Shown: one piece after another, positions 11,879 to 22,769 of the stretch
Position numbering within the stretch: position 1 is the first letter of the stretch
Layout: each line of letters opens with the position of its first letter
DNA from: Octopus bimaculoides
Lineage: Eukaryota
Length of the DNA stretch: 47,625 bases
Direction of reading: 5' to 3'
NCBI RefSeq assembly: GCF_001194135.2
Contig: NC_068992.1
Span: forward strand, 61,560,961-61,608,585
Notes under the pieces: generated by a model
Databases searched by the model: none
Seen by the model: the letters and a program-made list of their open reading frames with translations, nothing else
What the model was told of the DNA's origin: nothing
Position numbers and translations under genes: made by a program

Positions 11879-12626
11879 TATATATATGTATATATATATA
11901 CATGTTTAATATATGCATCTGTATACATCTTCACATATATATTTTCTTCTACTACTAAGCACTAACCTGTCCAACTAATCTAACCTATATTCCCAAACTC
12001 TTCATTCCACCATATTACTACTCTTTCTGCCCCATTGCTTTGGCTCTATCACTACATACCTGACACTCCTTTACTTTCTACACTATTATACCTCTCTCTC
12101 TCTCTCTATCACCACCCCATTCCTTCTATTTGTCACTCCTTTACTCTTTACCCTATCATTTTTTTTGCACTCTCATATCTTTCTCTATCACCCTCACCTC
12201 CCCACTCCTACTATCAATTTATCATGACTGACCACTAACTAATACACTCCCTCTCTTCATCTCTTTATTATCTCTCTCCCTGCTTTTCTTTTTTCTATTT
12301 TCCTTTTTCCTTTTTCTTTTCTTTATTCCTCTCTTCCTGTTTTTGGGCTGACCTTACAAATACATTCCCTACTTTTTGGTCACTTTAAATAAAACCCTCG
12401 ATTCAATAGCACTGTGTACAAACTCTATACTTGGAATGACCAATTTTAAATACTATTGTATTTTACTCACAAGGTATTGGAATCTTATATGTATACCATT
12501 CTGCCAAAATAATGAATCTACAGATGCAATATCCCTGCATATCTCGCATCTATTTTCATTCCTCCACTTAACTCTCTATTTGATATCTTATCTAGATTAA
12601 CTATTGCTCAACCATTTTCTCACACC

Positions 12627-12675
12627 GTCTCTGATGAAGGGATATAAAAAAAATTCCCGGAAACAGCTGTAAGAC
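12627..12675 (+). ncRNA. Minimal type-I hammerhead ribozyme at PLE 3' end
   Basis: gtct-CTGATGA-a-ggga(tat a7 at)tccc-g-GAAA-cagctg-TA-agac. Stem I gtct/agac, stem II GGGA/UCCC, palindromic ACAGCTGT stem III, GUA triplet. The positions flanking stem II (a/g) are non-canonical. Confidence 0.75.
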
Positions 12676-12892
12676 CTTCTTTCACAGCCTTGGATTTTTA
12701 TCTTGTTCTGAAAAATCTTTTTTTTATATATATACACATGCTGATATATGACCTATGTTGGACTCCTCATTTGCATAATCACTGAACCTGGGGCTTAACT
12801 ATGGTCTGTCCATAGCACTTACTCAGCATTACCTGACACTTTTGGGTCTTATTGAAACCATTACCTCTCATAACTTCTCTATATATATATCA

Positions 12893-13095
12893 CCATCATT
12901 AACATGTCATGTCTGTCGTCTATGCTGGCATGGGTTGGATGGTTTGACTAAAGTTGGTTAGCTGAGGGGCTACACTAGACTCCAGTCTGATTTGGTATGG
13001 CTTCTATGATTGAATGCCCTTCCTAATGCCAACCACACCCAGAGTATAATGACTGGTTTTACATGCCACAGGCATGGTTGCTATTTGTGTGACAC
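12893..13095 (-). mobile_element. RTE-associated 3' UTR/tail fragment
   Basis: Minus strand ..ggaagggcattcaatcatagaa..caaaccatccaacccatgccagcat..gacatgacatgttaatgatggtg. Confidence 0.8.
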
Positions 13096-13122
13096 CAGTA
13101 TCTGCCATGATTATGGTGTGCA

Positions 13123-13124
<2 letters not shown>

Positions 13125-13190
<66 letters not shown>

Positions 13191-13209
13191 TGTTTGTGTA
13201 TGTTTGTAT

Positions 13210-13262
<53 letters not shown>
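13125..13262. repeat. (TG)n followed by (CA)n; self-complementary microsatellite
   Basis: Direct inspection. Confidence 0.95.
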
Positions 13263-13769
13263 CTCTCTTTTTTGGAATGGTGAAACTTAAAGCAGACAAA
13301 AGCTATAAATAATAGCATGTAAATATTGTGTTAACAGACCCCTTGGATAAAAAAGTTTGATGGCTGCCACATCTTATGTGTATATGTATCAATTATTCAG
13401 GTTTTAAAAATTCTACCATAACTGGCAAATATATTGCAATAGCTGAGATGCATTTCTTCAAAATCCCTATACCTCCTTTGAACTTGCAATTTTGTCCCCT
13501 CCCCCACCCCCAATAAACACATGATCATTCAAAATACCAAGAATTGCAAAACATTTTATTTTAACTGACGAAAGACTATTTCTTATTTTTGTCTCCTTTA
13601 CAGTTTGTAAATACAGTTAAACGAATGAAAGTAAAGAAATTAATGACACTCATCTCTAAGAACATTTGATATAGAAATTCTAATCAACTTAATTTACAAA
13701 AGATCTTAAAAAAAACAAAAAGGAAAATTAGTATTTGTCAAGAAGATCCACTTCATTCCAACTACCACC

Positions 13770-13824
13770 ATGTTACTTCTTTCCTGTTGGAGTATTATAG
13801 TCTTCATTTGTCTTCATTTTGCAA
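13770..13824 (+). CDS. Probable first coding exon (signal peptide) of a secreted or membrane host protein
   Basis: Kozak-like accaccATG; MLLLSCWSIIVFICLHFA plus 1 nt; strong donor AA|GTAAGT (phase 1). Upstream branch site ctgac (13565), polypyrimidine tract and cag (13603) suggest the exon starts at 13604 with 5' UTR. Confidence 0.65.
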
Positions 13825-14829
13825 GTAAGTTCTTTTTGTTATTTTTATTATTTGTTTGTGAAATCACTGAGTATGTCTGTGTATGATCAAGAAGTTTGTT
13901 TCCAGGTCAGTTTCTTTTGTATAACACCTTGGATTATTGTCTTGTACAATAGTCTCACCTCAACCAAAGACTATGGAGTGGAACTTCATATATAAGGATT
14001 TTGTTGAATCTATTTCTGTTCCTGTTTTTGGTTTAACTTTTTTCATACTAAACTACCTGAGACTGCACCTGATTGTATAATACAAGTTTCCTGTTTTAAA
14101 ATGATCCAAATGGAAACCTTTCATTTTAATTTATGTTCCAAAGAACAGCTTGATTATGACACAGTTATTTTACTAAATTCTTCATTATTTTCAAAAGTAG
14201 TAGACCACGGCAATGTATTTCATCAGAAATATGGTAGCAAATGGTTTAATGCTATAACCTAGCTCTTGGAGAAATTTTGCAGAATTCTCTGTGTGGAAAT
14301 CACTTGAGCTTGGTCTTCCTGTTTAAAGATAACTTCTTTGCATAATTTCTGGTGACACTGAAGGATCACAGAACATTCTCTAACAGGATATATATATAGA
14401 GAGAGTTTACAATTTATAGGAAAAGTGTCACAGGATTTAATTCCAGGATAGTAAGTCGTATTTAGTAGAAAATGGGAAAATTGAATAAGGTGACGAATGC
14501 TAAGAATGTTGTTAATCCATTTATATCTTGAAGTCTTCTATATATGATTCGATAGATGCACTCCAAAACTGTCTGACATGATAAATTATGATCAGCAATG
14601 CATCAATCTCATCAGGAAGGTTATAAATAACAAACTCATCAAACAGACATGTTAACAGAAATAGAAAGTCCTATAAAATATAACATATTTATATTCATAT
14701 GCACACACATGTTCACCTACTCAAAATTGTGGCATGTAAATATAAACATTATATACTTAGAAAAACACAAATGTATACAAACACATAAATATACACATGC
14801 ATTAAAATGCATACACATACACATAAATA

Positions 14830-15230
14830 TATCATCATCGTTTAATGTCTGTTTTCCGTGCTGGCATGGGTTGGACGGTTTGACTGAGGTCTGGAGAGCC
14901 AACGGTTGCACCAGGCTCCAGTCTGATCTGGCAATGTTTCTACAGCTAGATGCCCTTCCAAATGCCAACCACTCCAAGGGTGTAGTGGGTGCTTTTTACG
15001 TGTCACTGGCACAGGAGCCAGTCAGGCAAGCTTGGCATCAATCACAATTGGATAGTGATTTTTATGTGCCACCGTCACTGGGGCCAGTCAGGGGGTACTG
15101 GTATCGGCCACATTTAGATGGTACTTTTTACATGCCACCAGCACGGGGGCCGATCAGTGGGTACTGGCATCAGCCATGTTTGGATGGTGCTTTTTACGTG
15201 CCACCAGCATGAGAGCCAGTCAGGGGGACA
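14830..15230 (-). mobile_element. RTE-associated 3' UTR with ~66-bp tandem units and (GAT)n tail
   Basis: Tail ccgtccaacccatgccagcacggaaaacagacattaaacgatgatgat on minus strand; about 3.5 units beginning tttta(c/t)(g/a)tg.cac. Confidence 0.85.
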
Positions 15231-15321
15231 CACATATATATATATAAATATGTATACATATCTATATTCATATTTATATATTTTATATATTTTTTTATAT
15301 ATAAACATAAATACATACATA

Positions 15322-15710
15322 GGCACAGGAGCTGCTGTGTGGTAAGAAGCTTGCTTCCCAACCACATGGTTCCAGGTTCAGTGCCACTGCATGGCACCTT
15401 GGGTAAGTGTCTTCTACTATATATGTGTGTGTGCGTGTGTGTGTGTGTGCGTGCGTGCGTGCGTGTGTGTGTGTGTGTGTGTGTATGTGTGTGTATGCAT
15501 GTGTCTGTTGTTTGTGTCTGTGTTTGTCCCCCCAGAATTGCTTGACAACTGATGTTGGTGTGCTTATGCCCCTGTCACTTAGTGGTTTGGAAAAAAGACT
15601 GATAGAATAAGTACTGGGCTTATAAAGAATAAGCCCTGGAGGTCGATATATTCAACTAAAGGTGGTGCTCCAGCATGACCACACTCAAATGACTGAAGCA
15701 AGTAAAAGAA
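15322..15710 (+). mobile_element. tRNA-derived SINE family A with internal (TG)n and 3' module
   Basis: Head ggcacaggagctgctgtgtggtaagaagcttgcttcccaaccacatggttccaggttcagt, then (TG)n, then tgtttgtccccc..gcttgacaac.gatgttggtg..ggtgctccagcatg..aagtaaaaga. Confidence 0.9.
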
Positions 15711-17773
15711 TATACATACACAAACATACATACATATATATTCAAATACATACATACATATGCTGGGATATACTCAAAAACATATGCATATATATCCCTA
15801 TACATATACTCGTACTTATTCTTGCAGCAACGACATAGAATCATACGTATGCTAAAATATACGTTTACAATCACATACTTATACACATTAACAAACAGTT
15901 ATATACGTACGCAAGAGCATACGCATCCAAAAACATCGATAGACCCATACACATAGGAAAGGAATTCCTACCACGTTCTGTGGTTTTTTACCTCAACAGC
16001 TCCTTTATAGGATCCAGTGGCTAAAGACATCATCAGGAGGAACCACGTCCAGTTTTGGCCCCTACTCCTCTACCATATGCACATACATACACTTACTTAA
16101 GCACATATAGATTATTGTTCATTCACAAAATATTTACATACAAACAGTGGATGCTAGGAATTTAAAATGATGTTATTGGAATAAACTAGATATTGTGAGT
16201 AAAGGAGATGTAAAGAAAGATAGGGCGGGGGAGAGAAAAGGAGGATAAAACAAAGTAAAAGAAAAAAGGAGAGAGAGTGGGGAGAGGAATGGGCAAATTG
16301 TAAATATAAAAAAGTGCATTTAAAGAAAAGAAAGAAGGGAAGAGGGAAGTAAATTCATGGCAAGTAAGAGAGAAGAAAAAGAAAAAAAGAAAAGAAAAAT
16401 TTGCATAAATTATTATTAGGTTATGGGAAGAAATTATTTGAAAGAACTAAAAGTGTTAATTTATACATTTGTAAACTCACTATCACTCTCATAGGCATAT
16501 ATAACTACACATATACTAGTATATATATATAGTTTTCTTTCTAAAATTACAAACTTTGCTCCAAATCACAGTTACTTTAAAAAAAACTTCCTTTTAAATT
16601 TAATTTTATTATAACAAATCAAGATTATATTATTTCTTCATTGTAAAGTCACATGACCTAATAATGAGCAGGATGTTGGGTTAATAATCATAAGTTTATA
16701 GGTTCAATTCCTGGATTGGGCAATGCATTGTATCCTTGAACAAGGAGCTTCTTATCATGTCACTCCAGACTTTTCAGATGAAAGTAGGTGCCGTTCTATA
16801 ACTGGTACTTTTTTTCCAGCTGATTTCACTGGAGCCTAGTGTTGGTGCAACCTTCTTTCTCTCCAGCTGTCACAGTCATGTTGCTACACTGTATTAAGGG
16901 CAGGAGGTCTCAGAAGGTGTCTATGTCTACTTGTGAGTACATAAAAATCTGAAACAAATAGCAAAACCATGTCACATGTTACCATATTCACTTGCCAAGG
17001 ACAGCTTTGCTTTATTTCTATATCATAATGAAATACCATAAGCTAATTATAAACTCTGATAATGAAGTAAGGACTTGATTACAATATAAGGATTATAAAG
17101 ATTTGAGTTTATATAAAGTGTTTAGTCTGAAAGCAAGTATGGCTATGTGATTGAAAAGCTTATTTTACAAGTATATGGTTTTGGGTACAATTTCATTTTG
17201 CAGCACCTTGAGCAAATATTTTCTATTTTAACCTGATGAGGACCAATCCTGGACAAAATTTCACAGAAAGAAACTGAGTTTAAACCCATCAGAGAGAGCT
17301 TTTCTGTTCCTGAGTAGAGGACTTAAACCTTTCTCTCATTTCAATGGTTCTTGGATACCTTTAGCAGAGTTCACTCTGTTACAAGCATGACCATCTAGTC
17401 TCTGGGTATCTTTAATAATAATCCACTTTATTGCAAATAAATATCACCACCTGGTCCTTGAGTACCTCCAACAGAGTCCACTCTGCTGCTAGGAGTTTGG
17501 TCAAGGTGTTTGGTCTAACAATAAATATTTTTCCCTTGCTTCCACCAGTCTTTGAAAGATCATAAAGCTCTTTTCATCAAAAATAGATAAATAGATATAA
17601 TAAAAACATGAAATATATTTCAATTTTTATTTCTCTCTTTCCTTCTTTTTCTTTTAAATCATTTAAACTACTTAAGTTTCTTGTTATGACACATCTTTCC
17701 TAAGAGACATCCAAATTATCAACTTCCATTTCTCCTTATATTTACTGATATCTTTTTCACTACATATACATCT

Positions 17774-17952
17774 AGATGAATTCATGAACTTCAAACATAA
17801 AGGACAATTCAACTGATCTAACATAGTTACAAATCCACAGAATAGAAATCTTTACATTGATTCTGCTACTATTCAGCTGTAGCAGAATCAATGTAAATAT
17901 TTTGTTAAATCATTTGAATTGTCCTTTATGTTTGAAGTTCATGAATTCATCT
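17774..17952. repeat. Near-perfect palindrome or foldback MITE
   Basis: Perfect 39-bp terminal inverted repeat agatgaattcatgaacttcaaacataaaggacaattcaa, plus inner 19-bp IR tttacattgattctgctac around a 9-nt loop. Confidence 0.9.
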
Positions 17953-18692
17953 GACAAAACGGTTTCTTTGTAATGATGTAATGTTTTCATTAAACAATTA
18001 AAGGATTCGTTGAAAATGGCTGTAATGGACTGACACCTGTACCTCTGTTACTCATATTTTATTCACCTATTCTGGAATCTGCGCTTTATAAATATTATTG
18101 ACAGTTTTTTTTATATCAAGTACATGTCTGAATAGCTAAGAGCAGTTTTCTTCATTCAGCTGGGTCTAATTATCTGCAAGAATTGACTAATTAAGTTGTA
18201 GGATTGAGTTTGACTTGACCCTACTACACTTAGGGGTATTGGGATTAGGTTTCTGTCAATAAGTAACAATTAATAACATTGCACTAAGGTTTTACCTAAC
18301 TTTTCTTTCATTGATATACTTATGTATTAAATCTCCCCTAACAAGTTCAATTTAAGTTATTTCTGCCAACTCTTTTTATAATGCTATATCTATTAAATAG
18401 CAGTTAGCCTCTAACTTCTGACCCCTGTGACAAGGACCATACCATTAAACTCACCACACAACATATTACCCAAGCTATTTCCCCCTATATAATATAAACA
18501 CAATGTAAACTGCAGCCTGTGGAAATTTCTCCTGAGAGTGACTTTATTTATTTATCATAAGATGTAATATCATGGATTATAATAGCATCTTAAAATGAAG
18601 TTCTTACCATTCCTTTCTATTACATTATTTTTAGTTTATCTTACTCTATTATTTTAATTTACTTTCACACATGTTAGTTTCCTAACATTTGG

Positions 18693-18826
18693 ACTCTCTG
18701 AAGAAGCCTTGGGGCTCAACCATTGTCCAATCCCTGCCCAATGTTTGTTCATACCTGTATATCATTGACACGATGAGGATAACTTGGAAGATTTGGCAGC
18801 CTCATGGTAGAAACAACTGTAAGAGT
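18693..18826 (+). ncRNA. Type-I hammerhead-like motif with very long stem II insertion
   Basis: actct-CTGAAGA-a-gccttggggct...~80 nt...agcctcatggt-a-GAAA-caactg-TA-agagt. Perfect 5-bp stem I; 10 of 11 positions pair at the base of stem II (G-U included); GUA triplet. Confidence 0.65.
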
Positions 18827-19092
18827 TTAGTATTTGTACACTCTTCTATTATTATTCATTTATTTATATATATANNNNNNNNNNNNNNNNNNNNNNNNNN
18901 NNNNNNNNNNNNNNNNNNNNNNNNNNNNNNNNNNNNNNNNNTATATATCTGTTTACGTATTTATTGGCTTATTTTATTTGTTTACTTGGATCACTCACAC
19001 ATATGTTTGTAATCAATTAATAGATAGATTTAATGAATGTTTACTGGCTGATGTTTGTCGATTGTTTATCCTCTCCATTTTCTTATTTGCCC

Positions 19093-19127
<35 letters not shown>

Positions 19128-19562
19128 TGATAACACTATTATCTCCAACTGAATAGTGATGCAGGATGCTTGTTTGCATCAGTTCACTTGGAAAACTTTG
19201 TGAGTGACAGACCCTTAGTGAAATTGCAATGACTAGAATGCAAAGTTGCATACAAAGCAATGTGCAGTCACTGCAGTTGAAATATATGTAGATCAGATAT
19301 ATGCTGTAGAAAACTTTTAAATAAAGTAGTTTTCGGACATGAATGAAATATTCACTCACCTCTTCGTCATCAATGTTCTTAAATACTCTCTGGAATATAT
19401 ACAGTTCTGAATAGGAATATGGAATTACTCAGTGAGTGAAGTTTACCAGTATCAGTATCTCTTTCTAAGTTTGAGTATTATATAATGGACCATTGTGGAT
19501 AGACGGCATCTAAACCAAATTCAGAGGTAATAAGATATCTGTCAAGATAACTTATCCCTTTT

Positions 19563-19564
<2 letters not shown>

Positions 19565-19632
<68 letters not shown>

Positions 19633-19653
19633 TATATATATATATATATATAT
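19565..19653. repeat. (CT)n-(TA)n microsatellite
   Basis: Direct inspection. Confidence 0.95.
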
Positions 19654-19977
19654 AAAGTACAGCTAAACCAGAAAGCATTAGTAAATAGGGAGGGTACAAA
19701 TCCTAAAAATGAACAGCACAACTCTTTAAGAGATTAGTAGGTGGAAATCCAGCAAGTAATAATTAATATGTATACAATCTAGATTAGCAGGGAAATGCAG
19801 GGCATAAAAACTATAATATTTAAGCAAGCATCAAAAGATGACATTGAAAGATTTACTTTCTCTTATCTTCAGTTTAATGATGGCTGGTCTAGAGGAGAAG
19901 AGGAAAACAAAGATTTTATATCAGCCGATGGCTTATCATTATCTCCATTTTAATCTAAAGATGACTAGATAAATATA

Positions 19978-21031
19978 TTGGGTTGTCCAGAAAGTTTGTG
20001 TCGATTTATAGGAACTTACCTTTCAACTTATTTTAGAACATGGTTGAGTTCATAAAATAAGATTTGACTACACCTCTATTTAGAGCACAGTTTAAGCTAT
20101 CTTTTCATGGAAGAAGGTTTAGGTTCCTATGACCTGTGTTAATTCTGTAACCCTTTAAAATGGAAGATAAGAAAGTTCATTTTCGGCACTTGATGCTTTT
20201 CTTTTTCCATAAAGGGAAAAATGCCTCACAAGCAACCAAAGAAATATGTGCAGTTTACGGTGATGTTTCTTTATCCGAAAGAACTGTACAGAAGTGGTTT
20301 GCAAGGTTCCAAGCTGGAGATCATAGCCTTATTGATAAAGAGCAATCAAGCAGATCATCCACTACAGATGATGATCAAATTAAGTCATTAATTAAAAATA
20401 ACCCACATTGCACAACCTGAGAATTGGCAGAAAGCCCCAACCTATCAAAATCTGTCGTTCATGAGCACCTGGTAAAGCTTGGACACACAAATCGCTATGA
20501 TGTTTGGGTACCACATGGGTTGAGTGAGAAGAACCTTTTGGATCGCATTTCCATCTGTGATTTGCTTTGTAAACGGAATGAAAACGTGCCTTTTTTAAAG
20601 CTAATTGTGACATGTGATGAGAAATGGATTATCTACCGAAATGTTCAGAGAAAGCAATCCTAGAGTAAGCAACATGAGCCACCCTTAGCCACCCCAAAAG
20701 TGGGTCTTCACCCTAAAAAAGTCTTGCTTTGCGTTTGATGGGATTGAAAAGGAATTCTGTACTATGAGCTTCTCCCAAGTAATCAGACAATTAGTTCTGA
20801 GAAATACTGTACACAACTGGGCGAGTTAAAAGCAGCAATTCAAGAGAAACGTCCAGAATTGGCCAACAGGAAGGGTGTTGTTTTACAACATGATAATGCA
20901 AGACCACACGTTTCTTTGGGAACCAGACAAAAATTGCTGCAGCTTGGCTGGGATTGTGTTACCCCACCCTCCATATTCACCAGATATTGCTCCTTTGGAT
21001 TTCCTCTTATTCAGGTCTCTGCAGAATAGTT
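19978..21031 (+). mobile_element. Mariner transposon (mellifera-like), 3'-truncated, pseudogenised transposase from 20160
   Basis: TA plus 5' TIR ttgggttgtccagaaagtt. MEDKKVHFRH..WVPHGL..IVTCDEKW..LHPKKVLLC..HDNARPH..HPPYSPDIAPLDF with several stops and one frameshift; ends in (GGT)n; no 3' TIR seen. Confidence 0.95.
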
Positions 21032-21334
21032 TGGTGGTGGTGGTGGTGGTGGTGGTGGTGGTGGTTGTGGTGGTGGTGAGGATAAAGATGATAATAATGA
21101 TGATGATGATGTATCATTAAAAAAATTTTCTATTTTTCTGTTGTCAGCTTTCTGATTTACACACTGTTTTCCTTTTTTTTGTGTGTGTGTGTGTGTGTGT
21201 AAGTATGGTTATGGAATGGCTATGTAGAGGACAGTGGTAGAGAAATTTTGGCCATAATGATAAAGTAATTCTTTCTATGACCTTAACATTAACACAACAT
21301 TAACAGTAATATTAATATCAATATTAAGATTAAG

Positions 21335-21665
21335 AAGGGCACATGAGCTGGCAGAATCATTAGCACGCTGTTACATTCTGAGTTCAGATTCTGCCATGGT
21401 TGACTTTGCTTTTCATCCTTTTGGGGTCGATTAAATAAGTACCAGTTACACACTGGGGTCAATGTAATCAACTTAATCCCTTTGTTTGTCCTTGTTTATC
21501 CCCTCTATGTTTAGCCCCCTGTGGGCAATAAAGAAATAAATATCAAGATTAAGATTAACCTTGCTTTCATCCTTTCAGTGATCATAAGTACCAGTTAAAC
21601 ACTGAGGTCGATGTAATTGACTTACCCTTCCCCTGAAATTGCTGGCCTCATGTCAATATTTGAAA
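21335..21665 (+). mobile_element. tRNA-derived SINE family C (Nin/Deu-like central domain) plus adjacent partial copy
   Basis: gagctggcagaatcattagcacg..gagttcagattc..gactttgcttttcatccttttggggtcgattaaataagtaccagtt; partial repeat at 21558-21665. The domain assignment is from recalled similarity. Confidence 0.75.
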
Positions 21666-22507
21666 TCAATATCAACATTAATATTAACCACTCAATACGA
21701 GTGGATGTTGTGAAAAAATTTGATAATGATGCAATCAGATTTATGTCTGATTCTTAAAGAAAACATGTAAAAAAAAAAAACATTTTCCTGGGACAAAATG
21801 TGGGAAGAATGCAGATTTTCATGATTATTCAGATTTTTATGCTATTTTTAAAACCAATTCCAATATTTTATAGGAATTTTCTTGATGTAATCATCCACAT
21901 TATAAAACTTTTAGGTGTTTTGAAAATAAATTGAGATTTTTTCCTTCTTTTTTCAATCTATTTGCCAGATACCCAAGTCACAATATGGAGTGTTACAGTT
22001 TGTCTAACTAACTATTACCGCAAATCACTTCAGATTATTTTGAATGAAAGATATAAAAACGTAAACTGGGAAAACCAACGAAAATGCTTCTACACCAATT
22101 TTGAATTAAACAGTGGAGTAAAGCCAAGTTTTATTGAAATTAATATGAATTATTATTATGGGGTAAGTAAATCAAAATAAAGACATACACATATGCAAAA
22201 ATTTTACAAACATACACATACATAGACATACTCATACGTACACACACATACATGCATATCTACTTGTACACTTGTATCATCAAAAATTATGCTATTTTCA
22301 AGGAAAGAAGCTGAAACTGGTATTTAATAATTGCATTGACATGGCATCTGTTCTTTATATTTGAATATAGATTCATATCCAAAGAGCTTAAAAATTTTCA
22401 CACCAGCAGGATTTGAACTCCTGTCCCTTATTGTAGTTCTGTCACTGAACCATGTGATTAAAACTTCTGTCAACCATAAATATTAAATTGAAAAGAAATT
22501 ATATATA

Positions 22508-22552
<45 letters not shown>

Positions 22553-22559
22553 ATATGGG

Positions 22560-22728
22560 TGTATGTAGTCATGGGCATGTGGTAAGTTTGCCTCCCAACC
22601 ACAGAGATTTAGATCCAGTTCCACAGCTTGGCACATTGGGTAAATGTCTGCTATTATAGCTCCAGGCAAACCAAAATCTATATTGGATTTGATAGATGGA
22701 AACTCAAAGAACTCCATCATATACATAT
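22560..22728 (+). mobile_element. SINE family A, decayed
   Basis: tgtggtaagtttgcctcccaaccac..ttgggtaaatgtctgctattatagc..gatggaaactcaaagaactccatcata. Confidence 0.75.
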
Positions 22729-22769
22729 ACATACATATATGTAATTATATATATATATATATATGTATA

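Larger units (their letters stand above)
9030..12720 (+). mobile_element. 5'-truncated Penelope-like element (RT, thumb, GIY-YIG, 3' region with hammerhead), interrupted by SINE and LINE-tail insertions
   Basis: LKDHKKGF..KSDLGRVSK..FDITTGS..LLGLYIL..GLYRDDAL (9040-9780); WYTPPFS..NFPQQYKYHSIFNRSTLKLSYS (about 10320-10470); NVIYKC..YIGST..TTLANHM..CKLCLKE (about 10870-11200). Contains frameshifts and stops. Confidence 0.9.

Noticed and set aside
14985-15230. Regularly spaced palindromic repeats superficially like a CRISPR array
   Set aside because: The context is eukaryotic, the units are homologous along their whole length with no unique spacers, and they are part of a LINE 3' UTR.
15962-16045. 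Minus-strand CTGATGA-tgt...aca-GAACGTGGTAGGAA
   Set aside because: It has GAAC rather than GAAAC, and stem I (ttcc/ggaa) is offset by two extra bases, so it is not a canonical hammerhead in this copy.
17232-17265. CTGATGAggacc..ggacaaaa inside a decayed SINE
   Set aside because: No GAAA, poor stem II and no stem I.
19325-19375. Minus-strand TTGATGA..9-bp hairpin..CGAAA
   Set aside because: The core starts with U instead of C, and there is no palindromic stem III or stem I.
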